From Lytechinus pictus (taxonomy: Eukaryota): 64,000 nucleotides of DNA. The stretch is taken from NCBI RefSeq assembly GCF_037042905.1, contig NC_087252.1, positions 23,252,001 to 23,316,000 of the forward strand, written 5' to 3'. The notes below the pieces were generated by a model. The model was not told the DNA's origin and did not search any database. It saw only the letters and a program-made list of their open reading frames with translations. Made by a program: the position numbers and the translations under genes. Positions 24,990 through 37,162 of this stretch are shown piece by piece (position 1 is the stretch's first letter; each line of letters starts with the position of its first letter).

Positions 24990-25299
24990 ATGACAACTTG
25001 GCACACAAGTGCAAATAGGTAAATTGTTGCCTGGCAGTTTCGTATACTTTCCGTTTGATCTGACCTTACATGATTTAATCTCATTATTTTTAAAACGAGT
25101 TCGTCTTCTAAACCATTTTGTCTAAAACTACATGTACCATTCAGCCCATAACGCTCAGAATATGCTACACAGTGGCATGTATTCAAACTCGGGTTCAATT
25201 CAAACGTACTCTGGTCTAACTGTCTGACGTGATTGTGGTTGTGGACTCGGAGACAAACACCAATAACAGTGCAGGTTCGAGTTCTCAGCTCATCTGAGA

Positions 25300-25560
25300 T
25301 GTAAATTGCCAATTCGTCTATTGCCAACTGGTCCACTCATCACACGGTCTACCTTCATTTAGTCTAATGCCATTCCACCCATCAACATTTCGTCTAACAA
25401 CCATTTGTTCCAATAACCAGTTGGTCCAATCATCACTTCGTCTAATCACCATTTCGTCTGTGACCATTTAGTCTCATAACCAGTTGGTCTAACATCCATT
25501 TCATTTTCTTCATTTTGCACAATTAACACTCAGTCAAATTAACATACAATGTCAACAAAT
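25300..25560. repeat. Interspersed repeat with gtctaa/gtccaa subrepeats; inverted copy at ~35222-35348
   Basis: ctaccttcatttagtctaatgcca at ~25348 is the reverse complement of tggcattagactaaatgaaggtag at ~35281. Confidence 0.6.
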
Positions 25561-25891
25561 TATTTTGACACTGTTGGCTTCCCATAATTTTAGTACTGGT
25601 TAGACTATAAAGCCTAGTTATTCAAACCAGACCAAGACGGGCCATTTTGTCTAATATCTAGGTAATTTAACATCTCTTTGTCTATGTTTAGTCTGTTTAT
25701 GAATACAAGTTTTCATAAAGTGGAAACTAATTCATAGACGAAGTGGAAATTAGATCTTTTAGACCAGGCGGGTCTTAGACCAAGTGCAGCGTAAATCAAA
25801 CTGCAATTTTACTTTCAGCGAGTATTTTCTGAGAAGTAGACCCACTGCTTATGAATGTTATAGACCATGTACACCAAGTGAATATACTTAC

Positions 25892-25921
25892 CAACTACTA
25901 CTCCCGGAATGACGGTTGGAG
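25892..25921 (-). CDS. Microexon (APTVIPGVVV), module 1
   Basis: cctag| acceptor and |gtaagt donor; 30 bp, phase 1-1. The same peptide is encoded at 9394-9432 with synonymous differences. Confidence 0.85.
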
Positions 25922-26499
25922 CTAGGTAGAAAAGGAGAAAAATCCGAAGAAAAGCATTTTGGAAACGAAATAGAAACATAAAGTGATGATTTGCATATAT
26001 GTGTTTCATTGACTCAAAGATTTTAACGATGAAGTGTTCTAAGTTTATTTTTCCTCAATTTCATTTATTTTTATTTTGTGCTTTCTTATAATTAGACCTA
26101 TTCAGTGGCTTAATTGGCATTATGGTTATCACATACATGACATAACACTGACAATTTTTTTTTTTAAGATAGGGATAGTTTTCTCTTGGTCTGAGAAAAG
26201 GAAACTGGAAATTGACGGTTACGAGAAAGAGAGGGGAGAGAAGGGGGGGGGGGGGCTAAGTGTACTTGGCGTTATATTTCTAAAGGCATGTGCTTGCTTA
26301 TCTGAATAACATGCCTTTTCTTGAACTACGGAAGTTGGTGTACCCAGGAAGGTGTGTAAGAGGGTGTGTGTGTACGTGCTTATAGAGATCAGTAGAACTA
26401 GGATTTAAAAAAAATAAAAAGTAGAAGAAAAACCTTCGTCAAACCGTTCCAGTTGTCAGAGTGCAAGGATGTGCATGTGGGTAGTGTGGGATATGAAAA

Positions 26500-27510
26500 A
26501 TGCAAAGGGGAACGGAATAATAATAGTGTGCGCGCGTGTGTGTGTCTTTCTGTGGGAGGCGTTTATACGAGTACATGGCTTTCGTATTCTCTGAGTGGGT
26601 CTGTGTGTGGGGGTGAATACTGATGCCATCGTAATGTGATGTTAGAATGCCCCATGGGTCTTAGTGGCGTGTGTGTGTTTGTGTGGGATTTTATACCAGT
26701 AATATGCGTTCTCGAGGGTAGTGAATGAGTGAGGGAGTGGGTGAGGGTGAATTAGACCGGCAGAGGCGGGGTTATGTGATTTTGCAATGGAAAATTTACC
26801 ACGGGTCTTGGGTCTTTGTTTCTATGGACCTTAATACCCGTATGGGGATTTGTGTTCTTCAGAGGAGCTGGTGAGTAGTGTCTAATTAAGATAGGTGTGG
26901 GTGTGTGTGTGTGGGTGAAGACAGAAATGTAGTGATGTGACCTACAATGCAACAGATATAACGGATCTTAGAGCATGGGTGTGTTTCATTGTGTGGGCCT
27001 GCATACCAATATGGGTTTTTTTTCCGTTCTTTAGAGGGGTAAAGAGTGTGTGAGGGAGTGTTGGGTGTGTATGTGGGTGAAGACCAGATGGGGTTATGTG
27101 CAAGATGTATGGGTATTAGTACATGGACAAATACGTGTACGTGTTGTTTGTTGTTGCTTCTATGGGCCTAGTGTGGGGATTTAAGTCCTCGTGAGGTGTC
27201 TCAAGGTGTGGGTGGACACTGAAGCGTGGTTAAGGCATAAAGCCCATCATAAGTGTTTTAGTACGTGGATACGGGCTTTTCCCTGGACCTTAGTTATACC
27301 AGTATGGGGATTTGAACAGTACGTGAGCATGTGGGTGAAGATCGAGGTGGAATAAATCCAACATTTACCACCACCGGTCTTATGGGCATGGGTGTGTTCG
27401 TTTGTTTGTTTGTTCACATGCATGGGCATGTATACAAATAAACGAATTAGAGTTCTCGAGTTGGAGAAAATTAGGAGGTGTGTGTGAAGATCGAGCCGGC
27501 TGGGGTGAAT
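26500..27510. repeat. Degenerate GT-rich minisatellite (roughly 120-170 bp units)
   Basis: Recurring atacc(a/c)gtatgggg and gtgggtgaaga motifs. Confidence 0.5.
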
Positions 27511-27522
27511 GATCACATTTAC

Positions 27523-27579
27523 CTGGAGTTGTCGTTGATCTTGGTGGCGCCTTTGTTGTGGGCCCTGCTATTTCTGGAC
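27523..27579 (-). CDS. Exon: S/T/P-rich stalk (GPEIAGPTTKAPPRSTTTP)
   Basis: ttcacag| acceptor and |gtaaat donor; 57 bp, phase 1-1. Confidence 0.75.
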
Positions 27580-27707
27580 CTGTGAACGTGATGGGAGAAT
27601 GTGATAACAGTAAATTATAATAACTATTATATAGGGTATTTGTACATGTATAAGGCACGCACCTATATCCTTCTTTTACTGTTTTATGTGCTCGTCATGA
27701 ATCTTCT

Positions 27708-27927
27708 AAATTACCCCGGCTTTGCTGCCCTTTGCTGGGTATATCACGATTTCGATGATCACATCTTTTTTTAGGAATTGCATATTTCCTGTCGGTACAT
27801 TTCTTGGGTTGAGTGAAGCACCTGGTTTAATTTCTTGCTGGAGCAAAATTACGCCGTGGCTGAGGTTCGAACCCACGGCCATCTCTTTCAAAGTCCGGAG
27901 ACTAATCCATAGGGCCAATATGTCCAC
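27708..27927 (-). mobile_element. tRNA-derived SINE
   Basis: ggttcgaacccacg...tttcaaagtccggagactaatcca is the reverse complement of the 23793 family. Confidence 0.7.
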
Positions 27928-28603
27928 GTAGAATTACGGGCGTAAAATTGTTCTGTTTAAGAGAAATGTCATCTATGATGCGCCTTTTCCAACGATTTAA
28001 TATTTTCATGAATTTGGTATAATTCGAACTTTTATTTTAATTTTTGCTTTTCAGGCATTATTATCTATTTGACAAATTTATATCAAAAATACATTAATTA
28101 TACAATGCTGATTGATAATTTACACGTGATTCGAAAATTTATTCTCTCAGAAATTAAAACAAGGTTGCCAGGGAAGGAGAGAGCCAACTTAATCAATTAA
28201 CGCTTTGCATGTTAGTAGTCACCCGAGTTTAGCACCATGTGAATCAGACTTAAAAAGTCAACTCAAGGGCGTTGGCTGGTTTGAAAATGGGGAGATGCAC
28301 TTCCTGGGGAGGTGGAACTAAAGTGGTATGGGTGTGCACATCTTCGGGAGGTGGAACCAAAGTTTGGAAAATCAGCTATTGAAGGCAGAAGAAGGGGTAC
28401 CAATTTCGTTTTGCTTTCATTTTGCTCGTCAGTGTCGATCCCTCTGCCTCAGCGGGGGGGGGGGGGGGGGGGGGTGCACCCCTATAGCCTACGCCCTTGT
28501 TCAATTATGATAAGAATCTGATACCCAATGGAAAAAAGGGGGTCCGACCGCTTGACCGAAGGCCCGCGAGACCGATTTTGTTCCCTTCATCAGGTGCCGA
28601 GTG

Positions 28604-29124
28604 CCCGGGGGGGGGGGGGCACTCAGTATATAATGCATAGTGGGTATGTGCCGCGGAGGGGACCCCCATTTTTACACTCAAATTTCCGTTCCGAGGCATA
28701 GCATTTTTGTCTTATTGAGAAAAAGAACAAAGAAAGCCGCTCCAGAGCATAGCATTTTCTTCTTCTCGAGAAAAAAAGAAGAAGAAAAATCCGCTCCAGG
28801 GCTTCGCATATTTTCCGTTACGCCGTTCCGGTCGCAATTTTGGTGAAAAGCGCCCGCAGCTCGCTGTCCGACCATCGCCTCTGCGCTAGCGCGCCCGTCA
28901 GTCGTGCCGCCGGGCTAGCTGCAAGTTCGTTCCATAGGGATGCATACGCACTCGCACGCAGGCGACCCGTTCCAAGGACCCCCGTTTTCACAAACATTTG
29001 TAGTTCCGAAGCCCGTTCCGAGGACCCTCCTTTTTACAATGAGCCCGCTCCAAGGCCCCCGTTTTTTGTCTCGCCCGCGGCACACCCCTACCACTTTTTT
29101 GGTCGAGTGCCCCCCCCCCCCGGG
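28604..29124. mobile_element. MITE with CCCG(G)n termini and 8-bp TSD
   Basis: TSD gccgagtg at 28596-28603 and 29125-29132; TIRs cccgggggggggggcactc / gagtgccccccccccggg. Confidence 0.85.
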
Positions 29125-31039
29125 GCCGAGTGGTTTAGGGCGCCTCGTTGCAGCGGCGTATGCCTGTTATCAGAGGGGGAGGGGGTAGAGCCAAATATTT
29201 CCCGGTAACTCCGTCTAGAATAAGTGACATAGCTAGGATTTCAGTTTAGGGGCGGGAGTGAGCACCGGAAGCGCGCTCTTGGGGGGGGGGGGGTGCAGGG
29301 ATTGGGAGTGTCCCCTGCGAGAAGCGTGGAAGCTCCGACGTTCCTGTGAACTGTGAATCGTTCCTTGTCTGCTCCCGCTCATCTTAATACGTCCTCTGCC
29401 TGTTTTCGGGGGGGGGGGGGTGGGTAGAGCCAAAATATTTTGCGGTAACCAAGTCCAGAAGGATTTCATTTTAGGGGGCGGTAGTGAGCACGCGAAGTGG
29501 CGAAACACTTAATACTAAGTGCGCGAAAGGCGCTCCCTATAAGGGGGAGTCCCCCTCCCGCGCAAAGCACGGAAGCGCCGACGTTTTCTTCGAATTGTTC
29601 CTTGTCTGCTCGCGTTCCTCTTACATTCTCTGCCTGTTATCGGGGGGGGGGGGGCAAATAATTCCCGGTAACTAAATTTAGAATCAGTGGCGTTGCTAGG
29701 ATTTCATTTAAGGGGGCGGTCGTGAGCACGCGAATCGTGCGAAATACCTACTGCGCGTACAAAACGACTCTCTGGGGGGGGGGGGTGCAGGGAGGGGATG
29801 TTTCCGCTACTTACAGTATAAACTTACGTTGCCTAATTTCACTGACCCTACTGAATCATTAACTCTACTCATTTAACGTTTATTTTTATGGTAATTCTGC
29901 TTCATGATCTTGCGCATTTAATGTTTAACAAGAAAACTGGAAATATTATGGAAATACATACACCTGGAACATTGAGCCTTCATTGTGGGCAATCCTATCG
30001 TAGCATTTTTGTTTTCTCATTTAAACAGAAAAATAAGTAATACAAGAAGGTGAAAGTTTTAAAGAAAAGAACGTAAATCAGTTTTCCTCCGGGAAATCTG
30101 TCCTCGGGGGAGTTTTCATGGGGAAATCACCCTCCGGAGGAGTAGTCCTCTCGGGGACTTGTCCTTAAACCCATTTTTTATTGTTGTTGTTACTATTTTT
30201 GTTATGATATCAGGAGCAGCAGCAGCAGCAGCAGCAGTAGTAGAATTAGAAGTCGTAGTAGTCGGACTCGTAGTCGTCGTCGTAGTAGTTGTTGTAGTAG
30301 TCGTAGTAGTAGAAGTAGTCGTGATAAACCTAATATTTTGTTTCTATTGTCGTTATTATTCACCATTATTATCATTATCATCATACGATTATTGATAATT
30401 TTATTGATATTATTAATGTAGAGGAAGCGTGAAAGAGGAAGTACATGCATAAGATAGATAGGAAAGAGGAAAAGAGAAATCCAGATGAAGAAAAAAAATG
30501 GTAGATGAGGTAAATAATAATAAAAATAGCCGTAAAATGGTAGGAAAATATTTTAATAGAAGCGCCGAGTTCACCTGGAGCATAGAAAAAAGACGTAGAC
30601 AAAAATCACGAAGAAAAAAGAAGCGAATTTATTTAGGAAGAACATGGTAACATAATTAAAGAGAACAGAGAAGGAGACAGAGAGAGGGGGTCAGTAAGTG
30701 TTTCACACGCTTCGCGTGCTGACTACCGCCCCCTTGAATTAAATCCCTAGCTTCGCCACTAAATTTAGACTAAGTTAACGGGAATTTTTTTTGCTGTGCC
30801 CCTCCCCATTTCAGGCAGAAAACGTAAGAAGAGCGGATGCAGACAAGGAATGATTCAAAGAAACGTCGGAGCTTCCGCAATTCGAAATGTTTCTCTCCCC
30901 CTCTCCGTTAACAGGCAGAGACCGTAAGAGCAGGAGCGGGCAAGGAACGATTCGAAGAAAACATCGGAGCTTCCGTGCTTCGCGGGAGGGGGAAAACTCC
31001 CCTTATAATATGGAGCGCCTTTCGCGCGCTCATTATTAA

Positions 31040-31904
31040 AGATCCAGACCGGACCCGAAAATGAAATTGATAAATTATATACCAATCGAAAGCTTATAAG
31101 CTACTAAATACAGCAAGGTATGCTTTATGCATTTTCACCGCTTCCCAGCTGAGTATTTTGCTTGTGAATATTCCAATTATCGGGCTTCGAACCCCGCTTA
31201 GAAAATAGGCTTTATTGTGCTTTTCACCTGCCTCGAGACCGTGACGTCACGTTGTGTAAGAAGCGTCGTGATTCCATAGGTTTGTACAAAAAAAAACTGG
31301 GTGATTTTTTGCTTTCCAGATAACGCATTTCATTCTCTTCACTTCTATCACAGAGGGATATCACATATATTTTTACCCACAAGCTTGAATTTATGAAATC
31401 TACAGTTTTGAACTAGTTTTTGGCATATTTTATTTCCTGCTTATTTGGCGCAGATTTCAATTCTATCTGCATTTAGATTATGTATAACAACTTTTAATGA
31501 CATAGCAATTTAGGCCCAATAAGAGCCAAACAAAGAAATCACAAAAAAGGTAGTGAATAGTTGTAGGTTTACAACAATTTGAACAGTGAATAATTTTGAG
31601 TGCCATTTTCATCTAAAAACGAAAAAAAAAATGGATTCATAACATGGAAATGGAAGAAAATACCCAATGCTTTTGTACACAAACCTATGGAATCACAACC
31701 CTCCTGACACAACGTGACGTCATCATTTCCAGGCGACGTGGGGGTGCTCAATCGAAGCGTACTTTGGAGGAGCAGTTTCTTTGATTTTTATTTAATATTT
31801 GTCAGAAATGGAAGGATATATATGTAATATTTTTGGTATATTTGTATTGTATGAATCGTTACCTTTATTTTGATATATGACTGTTTTTACACCGGTCAGG
31901 GTCT
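31040..31904. mobile_element. Kolobok-like non-autonomous element
   Basis: TTAA TSD at 31036-31039 and 31905-31908; TIR agatccagaccgg / ccggtcagggtct. Removing it restores the foldback arm. Confidence 0.8.
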
Positions 31905-32494
31905 TTAAGTGTTTCGCACACTTCGCGTGCTCACTACCGCCCCCTAAATTGAAATCCAAGCAACCGATTCTGGACTTATTCACCGGGAAATTTCTTGCTC
32001 TGCCCCCCCCCTTCCGATAACAGGCAGAGGACGTTTTAAGATGAGCTAGAGCAGATAAGGAACAGCTCAAAGGAACGTCGGACCTTCCGCGCTTCGCGGG
32101 GGGGGGGGGGGGTGCAGGCTTCCCGTGCTCACTACTGTCCCCTAAACTGAAATCCTAGTTATGCCACTAATTCTAGACGGAATTACTGGGAAATATTTGC
32201 CTCTGCCCCCTCTCCCTCTGATAACAGGCACCTGTTACGCCGCTGCAACGAGGTGCCTTAAACCACTCGACCGCGGCACCCGATGATGGGGGAAAAAGTC
32301 GGTCTCATGGGCCTTCGGTCTCGCGGGCTGTCACCGGAAAAAGACAGCAAGAGAGACCAACGTTTTAGAACATTCACAAATTTTGAAATAAAAGTGACAG
32401 TTTTACATATGGACTTTTGCATGGAAAGTCACGTTTTGACAAACGAAGCAGTATTTCTTTCGAGAAGTTAAATGGATGATAAGGCGCCACTCAC

Positions 32495-32741
32495 CAAGGA
32501 AAATGACAAGGCAGATGATTGCGACAACGATGACGACTACGACTGCAACCACGATGAATCCCTTTAACAGGGACTTGGTCATCGACTTTTTCTTCCTACT
32601 TTCTGGGTGGAAGATCTCCTCCCCTATGGTGCTCGTGTCCCCATCGTCGGGCTGGCGGAAAACGTTCCGCCTTTTCTCATCAACGGTTTCGTACGTCTCG
32701 AGCTCCATGCCCTCGACGATAGGATCGACATCCTTCACGTC
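32495..32741 (-). CDS. Exon: cytoplasmic tail and signal-anchor TM helix (DVKDVDPIVEGMELETYETV...SRKKKSMTKSLLKGFIVVAVVVVIVVAIICLVIFLG)
   Basis: tcacag| acceptor and |gtgagt donor; 247 bp, phase 0 to 1. Basic cluster followed by about 22 hydrophobic residues indicates type II topology. Confidence 0.85.
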
Positions 32742-33177
32742 CTGTGACGTAACAAAAGAAAAATAATAAACATAATTTCCACTTGGTTTTTACTATTGCA
32801 AATAAGTCAAGATCGGCTGTGAATATTGACCAGCCGAAAAATTGATTTAATCTTCATCCTTAAGAGATTAATTATTATTCAATCTAAAAAAAGAAGATGA
32901 AGACAGAAGAGGACGTATAAGGAAAAGCTGGCTTGGAAATAATGAGGGAATGACAGGCAGAAAGATCAATGAATACTGTGAGATAGCACTGAAGAGAAAA
33001 GATGGTAAAACCATGACATCCAACCTATTTAAAGAGAAGTAACAGCGCTAAGGCAAAAGGATTTAAATCAAATCTAATGTTCGGTTGGTTACTACTCGTA
33101 GATGAGCTGAATTTATTTTAAATCGTCGGGAAAATTTAGAGAGTACGTCTAGCCTACTTTTTTGTATATAATCAGAT

Positions 33178-33285
33178 TGGCGGACCGTGACCCGGAGGAG
33201 ACAAAGCATTGGAGGGGCACTGTATTGTTTGTGAACAATGCTGTGCCCCTCCAATGCTTTGTCTCCTCCGGGTCACGGTCCGCCA
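33178..33285. repeat. Perfect 43-bp-arm hairpin (collapsed hAT-like MITE)
   Basis: 33178-33220 is the exact reverse complement of 33243-33285; the right end reads tccgccactg. Confidence 0.85.
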
Positions 33286-35035
33286 CTGTAATAATCTCAT
33301 CCTAAGTTGTATTTCAAATGAGGTGAACAATATACATATACATGCCGCAAATAAATTTGAAATGTATGCATTTGCAGTGGAAGTCATAAGTCATAAATAT
33401 GGAAAATTGAGATACATGTATACAATATATACAATTTGGAGGTCATCGTCAGAGACACGGGATGCTCATTTTATCCAGATATTACGGGGGGTGTGGGCTA
33501 TCTGCTAAGAGGAGAAAATACAAAATTATTTTGTTACGTAAAGCCAAACTCTAGTTGAAACTACTGCAAATTAATTCGAAATTTCGAATAACATGGTAGC
33601 TAGATTTCTATTTTTAAAAATCTATTTACTCGACCTCATGGTATATGATGTATGTACATGAAATGAAACTTAAACATATTTTTAATGTTCTCTTGTTGTG
33701 TTTAAAAAATAAAAAGCATTATCAAAATGAAAATATGAATCAATTCAACTTAATGACAAAATAATATTTTGGAAGGATAGTAACATCATGGCGGATAAAA
33801 TTAGAAGCTATAACAATGTATAAGTTACAGCTTATTAAGAGTTAAGTTCAATCGATTTAAAGACAACCACCAACAAATTTTTAGGCGTGGTTAAAATTGT
33901 AAACAAAGTTCAAGATCGTGTTTGACTTTCTATGGTGGATGGCGCTGATGACAATGACAAATAAAGAGAGGATAACGGGGGAAAACAAGACAGTACCAGG
34001 CACAGAGCAGTACAAGTCTACAAAGAAAAAAAGTATCGGAGTTGAAGCGTAAAAAATGTGGGTATTTTTTTCGTATTTGTTCATCGGCTTATGACACGTA
34101 TGATGGAAGTTCCCCGGTATCCCTGTTTCTCCCCCTCCATTTTTTATATTTCTCTCTCTTCTTCTTTCTCTCTCCCTCTCCTTCTCCCTCCCCCTCCCCG
34201 CCCTTCTCTCTTTCTCTCGATCAGCCAATCGTGTATCCTCCCATCGCCACGGATGATTCAGGCATCATTTGGAATATATTGGCGCCTCTTCACAAAGTTC
34301 CCGGAATCTACATGACTGCCTAACCCTCGGAGGCGTAATGGCATATTATACTTTTTTACCATCGTTTTGGAGATTATTACTTATCTTTTCCTTTCTCTCT
34401 CTCTTTCTTTCTTTTTCTTTCCTTTTTTTCTTAATATCTCTCTCTCTCTTTCTTTCCTTCTTTCCTTCATTATGCTTTTCTTTCTTATTTGTTTTGTATT
34501 CTTTTGCCTTTTTTGTACTGTCTAACTGATTTGTGTCTTGTCTGTGTTGGGGGGGGGGGGGGTCGGGTGTGAGAGCGATTTCGTTCTTTTTGTGTGTGTA
34601 TATGGGCGTGTGTGGGGAGTGAGCACTCGAACCCTTTTCCGTTTCTTATATTATAAATTTTATTCAGTTTCTCCAATGTTGAGCAAAAATTGTCTGCATA
34701 ACTATTGTATGATTCTGTGAATTTATATTGGTTATAAATGGTTAATATTTACTTTTTTTGTTACTGAATTTATCCACTGTATATGAATATGTTAATACTA
34801 TGGCATTTTTAACGATTATTTGTATTATGGATAATTATTTGTCTTTTGTGAACAGTGTTTTGTTAATATTTATATTGTAATATTTTTGCAATGTACCATC
34901 ACTTTGATTTTGAACTGAATGATTAATAAATATTATTACACAAAAAAAAATTTAAAATGACAGTGCACCTATTAACCGCATTTCCCTTTTGTTTGTAATG
35001 TATATAATCCGCCCATTCAGTAATCGAATCGTATC

Positions 35036-35069
<34 letters not shown>

Positions 35070-35564
35070 CCAATATATGTATAGACAATGGAGGCAAAAA
35101 CTTAACAAGAGGAATTTAAAAAAATAGTAAGATAGCAAATAGCAAGGACCTCCCTCATCATTACTCTCTCTCGAAAAAACCGGACGATCAACTACTATCT
35201 TTTTTGACTTGTTTTACTTGGCCTTAGACCAAATGGTTAAGATACGAAATGGTTGTTAGACAAAATGTTGATGGACGTAGTGGCATTAGACTAAATGAAG
35301 GTAGACCATGTGTTGACGATTTGGCAATAGACGTATTGGTAACTTACTTCCCCTAATATGACCGGACCTAATTATGAGTATGTGGATTAATTGCCATTAT
35401 GAGAGCAATGCTCCTATCACCTTCCTAGCAACGGAATAGCACCAAAATAATTGAAAAATGAATTAACACAAACTTTCAACTTTCCTTGACATACCCTGTA
35501 CCTGTAGATTTAAGGTTCACTGTTACACTGCAGTGCCATGTTAAGTGTTAACATCTAAGGGGAA

Positions 35565-36030
35565 TACTTGATACTTGATGGAGTAATCCCTTTGGCAGCT
35601 CATACAGGAAGCTCTACTGTTGATGAATAAAGTGAGCCACTATGGAAGGAGTGTCATGAAGCGCAGAAATGGTGATGGAGAGACCATGGACCTATTACAG
35701 TGTAGTAGGTCCATGGATAGACATAGCAATTTTGTATATGTACAGTAAAACATGCTATGCCCGAGTGCAAGTAAAAACCAAGCTATTGACTTTAAACCAT
35801 TTAGGATCCAACAGGAGGCTGCATCATTCTGATGGAAGGGAGAGCAGCCTCCTTGGAACTGGACATTCCTTTGGTGTTGGCAGCTGAGCTGGGTAGGTTG
35901 TTCCAGTTCCTTATCGTTCTTGGATAGGAGGAGAACTTGAGGGGGTCGATTGTGGCCTCCGGTATGATGTGCTTCAAGTTGTGATATAGTCCTTTGCCAG
36001 GGGTGCCATGAGCCTAATTACATCAGGAGG
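35565..36030 (-). mobile_element. 3' fragment of a LINE (CR1/RTE-X-like)
   Basis: Minus translation KFSSYPRTIRNWNNLP resembles LINE ORF2 C-termini. Ends in a tcaagta-type repeat tail; the same tail is at 7925-7985. Confidence 0.65.
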
Positions 36031-36890
36031 GCAAAAGATATTCGTTCGACCCAACCCATTCGAATTTTTTGAATTTGATATTGCTGATTGACAAAAGTGT
36101 ATGAATATGATTCAAAATCTAACACTGATTCTAGAAATGGTAACTACTGAACTTCCTTTGCCCAAATTGGGAAGATATATCAATGATTTGGAACTATTTT
36201 TTGACTGGCGGAAGAATTGGGGCTATTTTACTGTTTCAGTTGATGAATTTGATCCCATCATAGTTATCTTCATAAATGGCGATTTATTTTTAAAATGAGC
36301 TGGCTACAATACCCTTCTCTGGTCAGATATGGAATGTCAGATATATATCCTATCCAAAGGTAGTAAACATTCGACCCTCTAATTTCACATTTATTTTTTA
36401 TGAATTTTTCTTAAGTGCCATTTTAACACACAAGTCTATGGGGAATGTTTTACGCGCGTGAGACCCAGGACTGTTCTGCTTTTCAGTTGATCAATAACAC
36501 AATCCTCGACCTCTACGCCCGAAATGAAAACAGCCCCACGATTTCCTAGTGAGGGGCGTGAAAGAGGGGATAGCGCGATCACTGGGGATGGCGCGCAGGG
36601 GAGAATGAAGCTGGGAGAGAAATAACAAGGACACCGACGTCTAGAATCTAGACTAGTTGTGATCATGTCTTGTGAAAAATGGGATTTGCAATATAGAACA
36701 ACCTTGAACACTGAATAAAAGAAGCAAATACAGGAAAGCTATTCATGGAGCTCATTCTTTCAATATGTTTGCTTCCCCACTGAGAAAAGAAAGGAAAAAA
36801 AGATTAACGAGTGAAATAGAATTATGCAAATAATTCGATCAATACATTATTGAATAATGGGAACATGGTCCAATGACTCAACATTCACTA

Positions 36891-37162
36891 GAGCCCCGTC
36901 TTACAAAGAGTTGTGATTGATCCGATCAACATCAAGTATATGGAAATCCTCAGTGTCATAATTTTCTTCTTTAAGAAATTTGCACAGTCTCCTCCGTAAA
37001 CAAAGAGAATCACATTGAATGTTCAAGCGAACAATGAATGTATGAATATACAATATTTCTAGAAAATATTTTGAACGAACATGTATTTTAGATGTTGACG
37101 TTGCTTGCTTTTCATAGTTGTGGTTGATTGGATCAATCCTAACTCTTTGTAAAACGGGGCCC
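36891..37162. mobile_element. MITE
   Basis: TIRs gccccgtcttacaaagagttgtgattgatcc / ggatcaatcctaactctttgtaaaacggggc. Confidence 0.7.

Larger units (their letters stand above)
28541..32335. mobile_element. Foldback-type element with long, internally repetitive inverted arms
   Basis: Left arm (~28541-29810) is the reverse complement of the right arm (~30690-32335), e.g. cctcgttgcagcggcgta / tacgccgctgcaacgagg. Arms contain ~230-250 bp subrepeats. Confidence 0.75.

Noticed and set aside
29964..29997. Possible extra minus-strand exon inside the foldback loop
   Set aside because: Weak acceptor, and a length of about 31 bp would shift the frame.
809..32741. Naming the gene enteropeptidase/TMPRSS15
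   Set aside because: No protease, CUB, MAM or SRCR domain is visible in the window, so orthology cannot be established.
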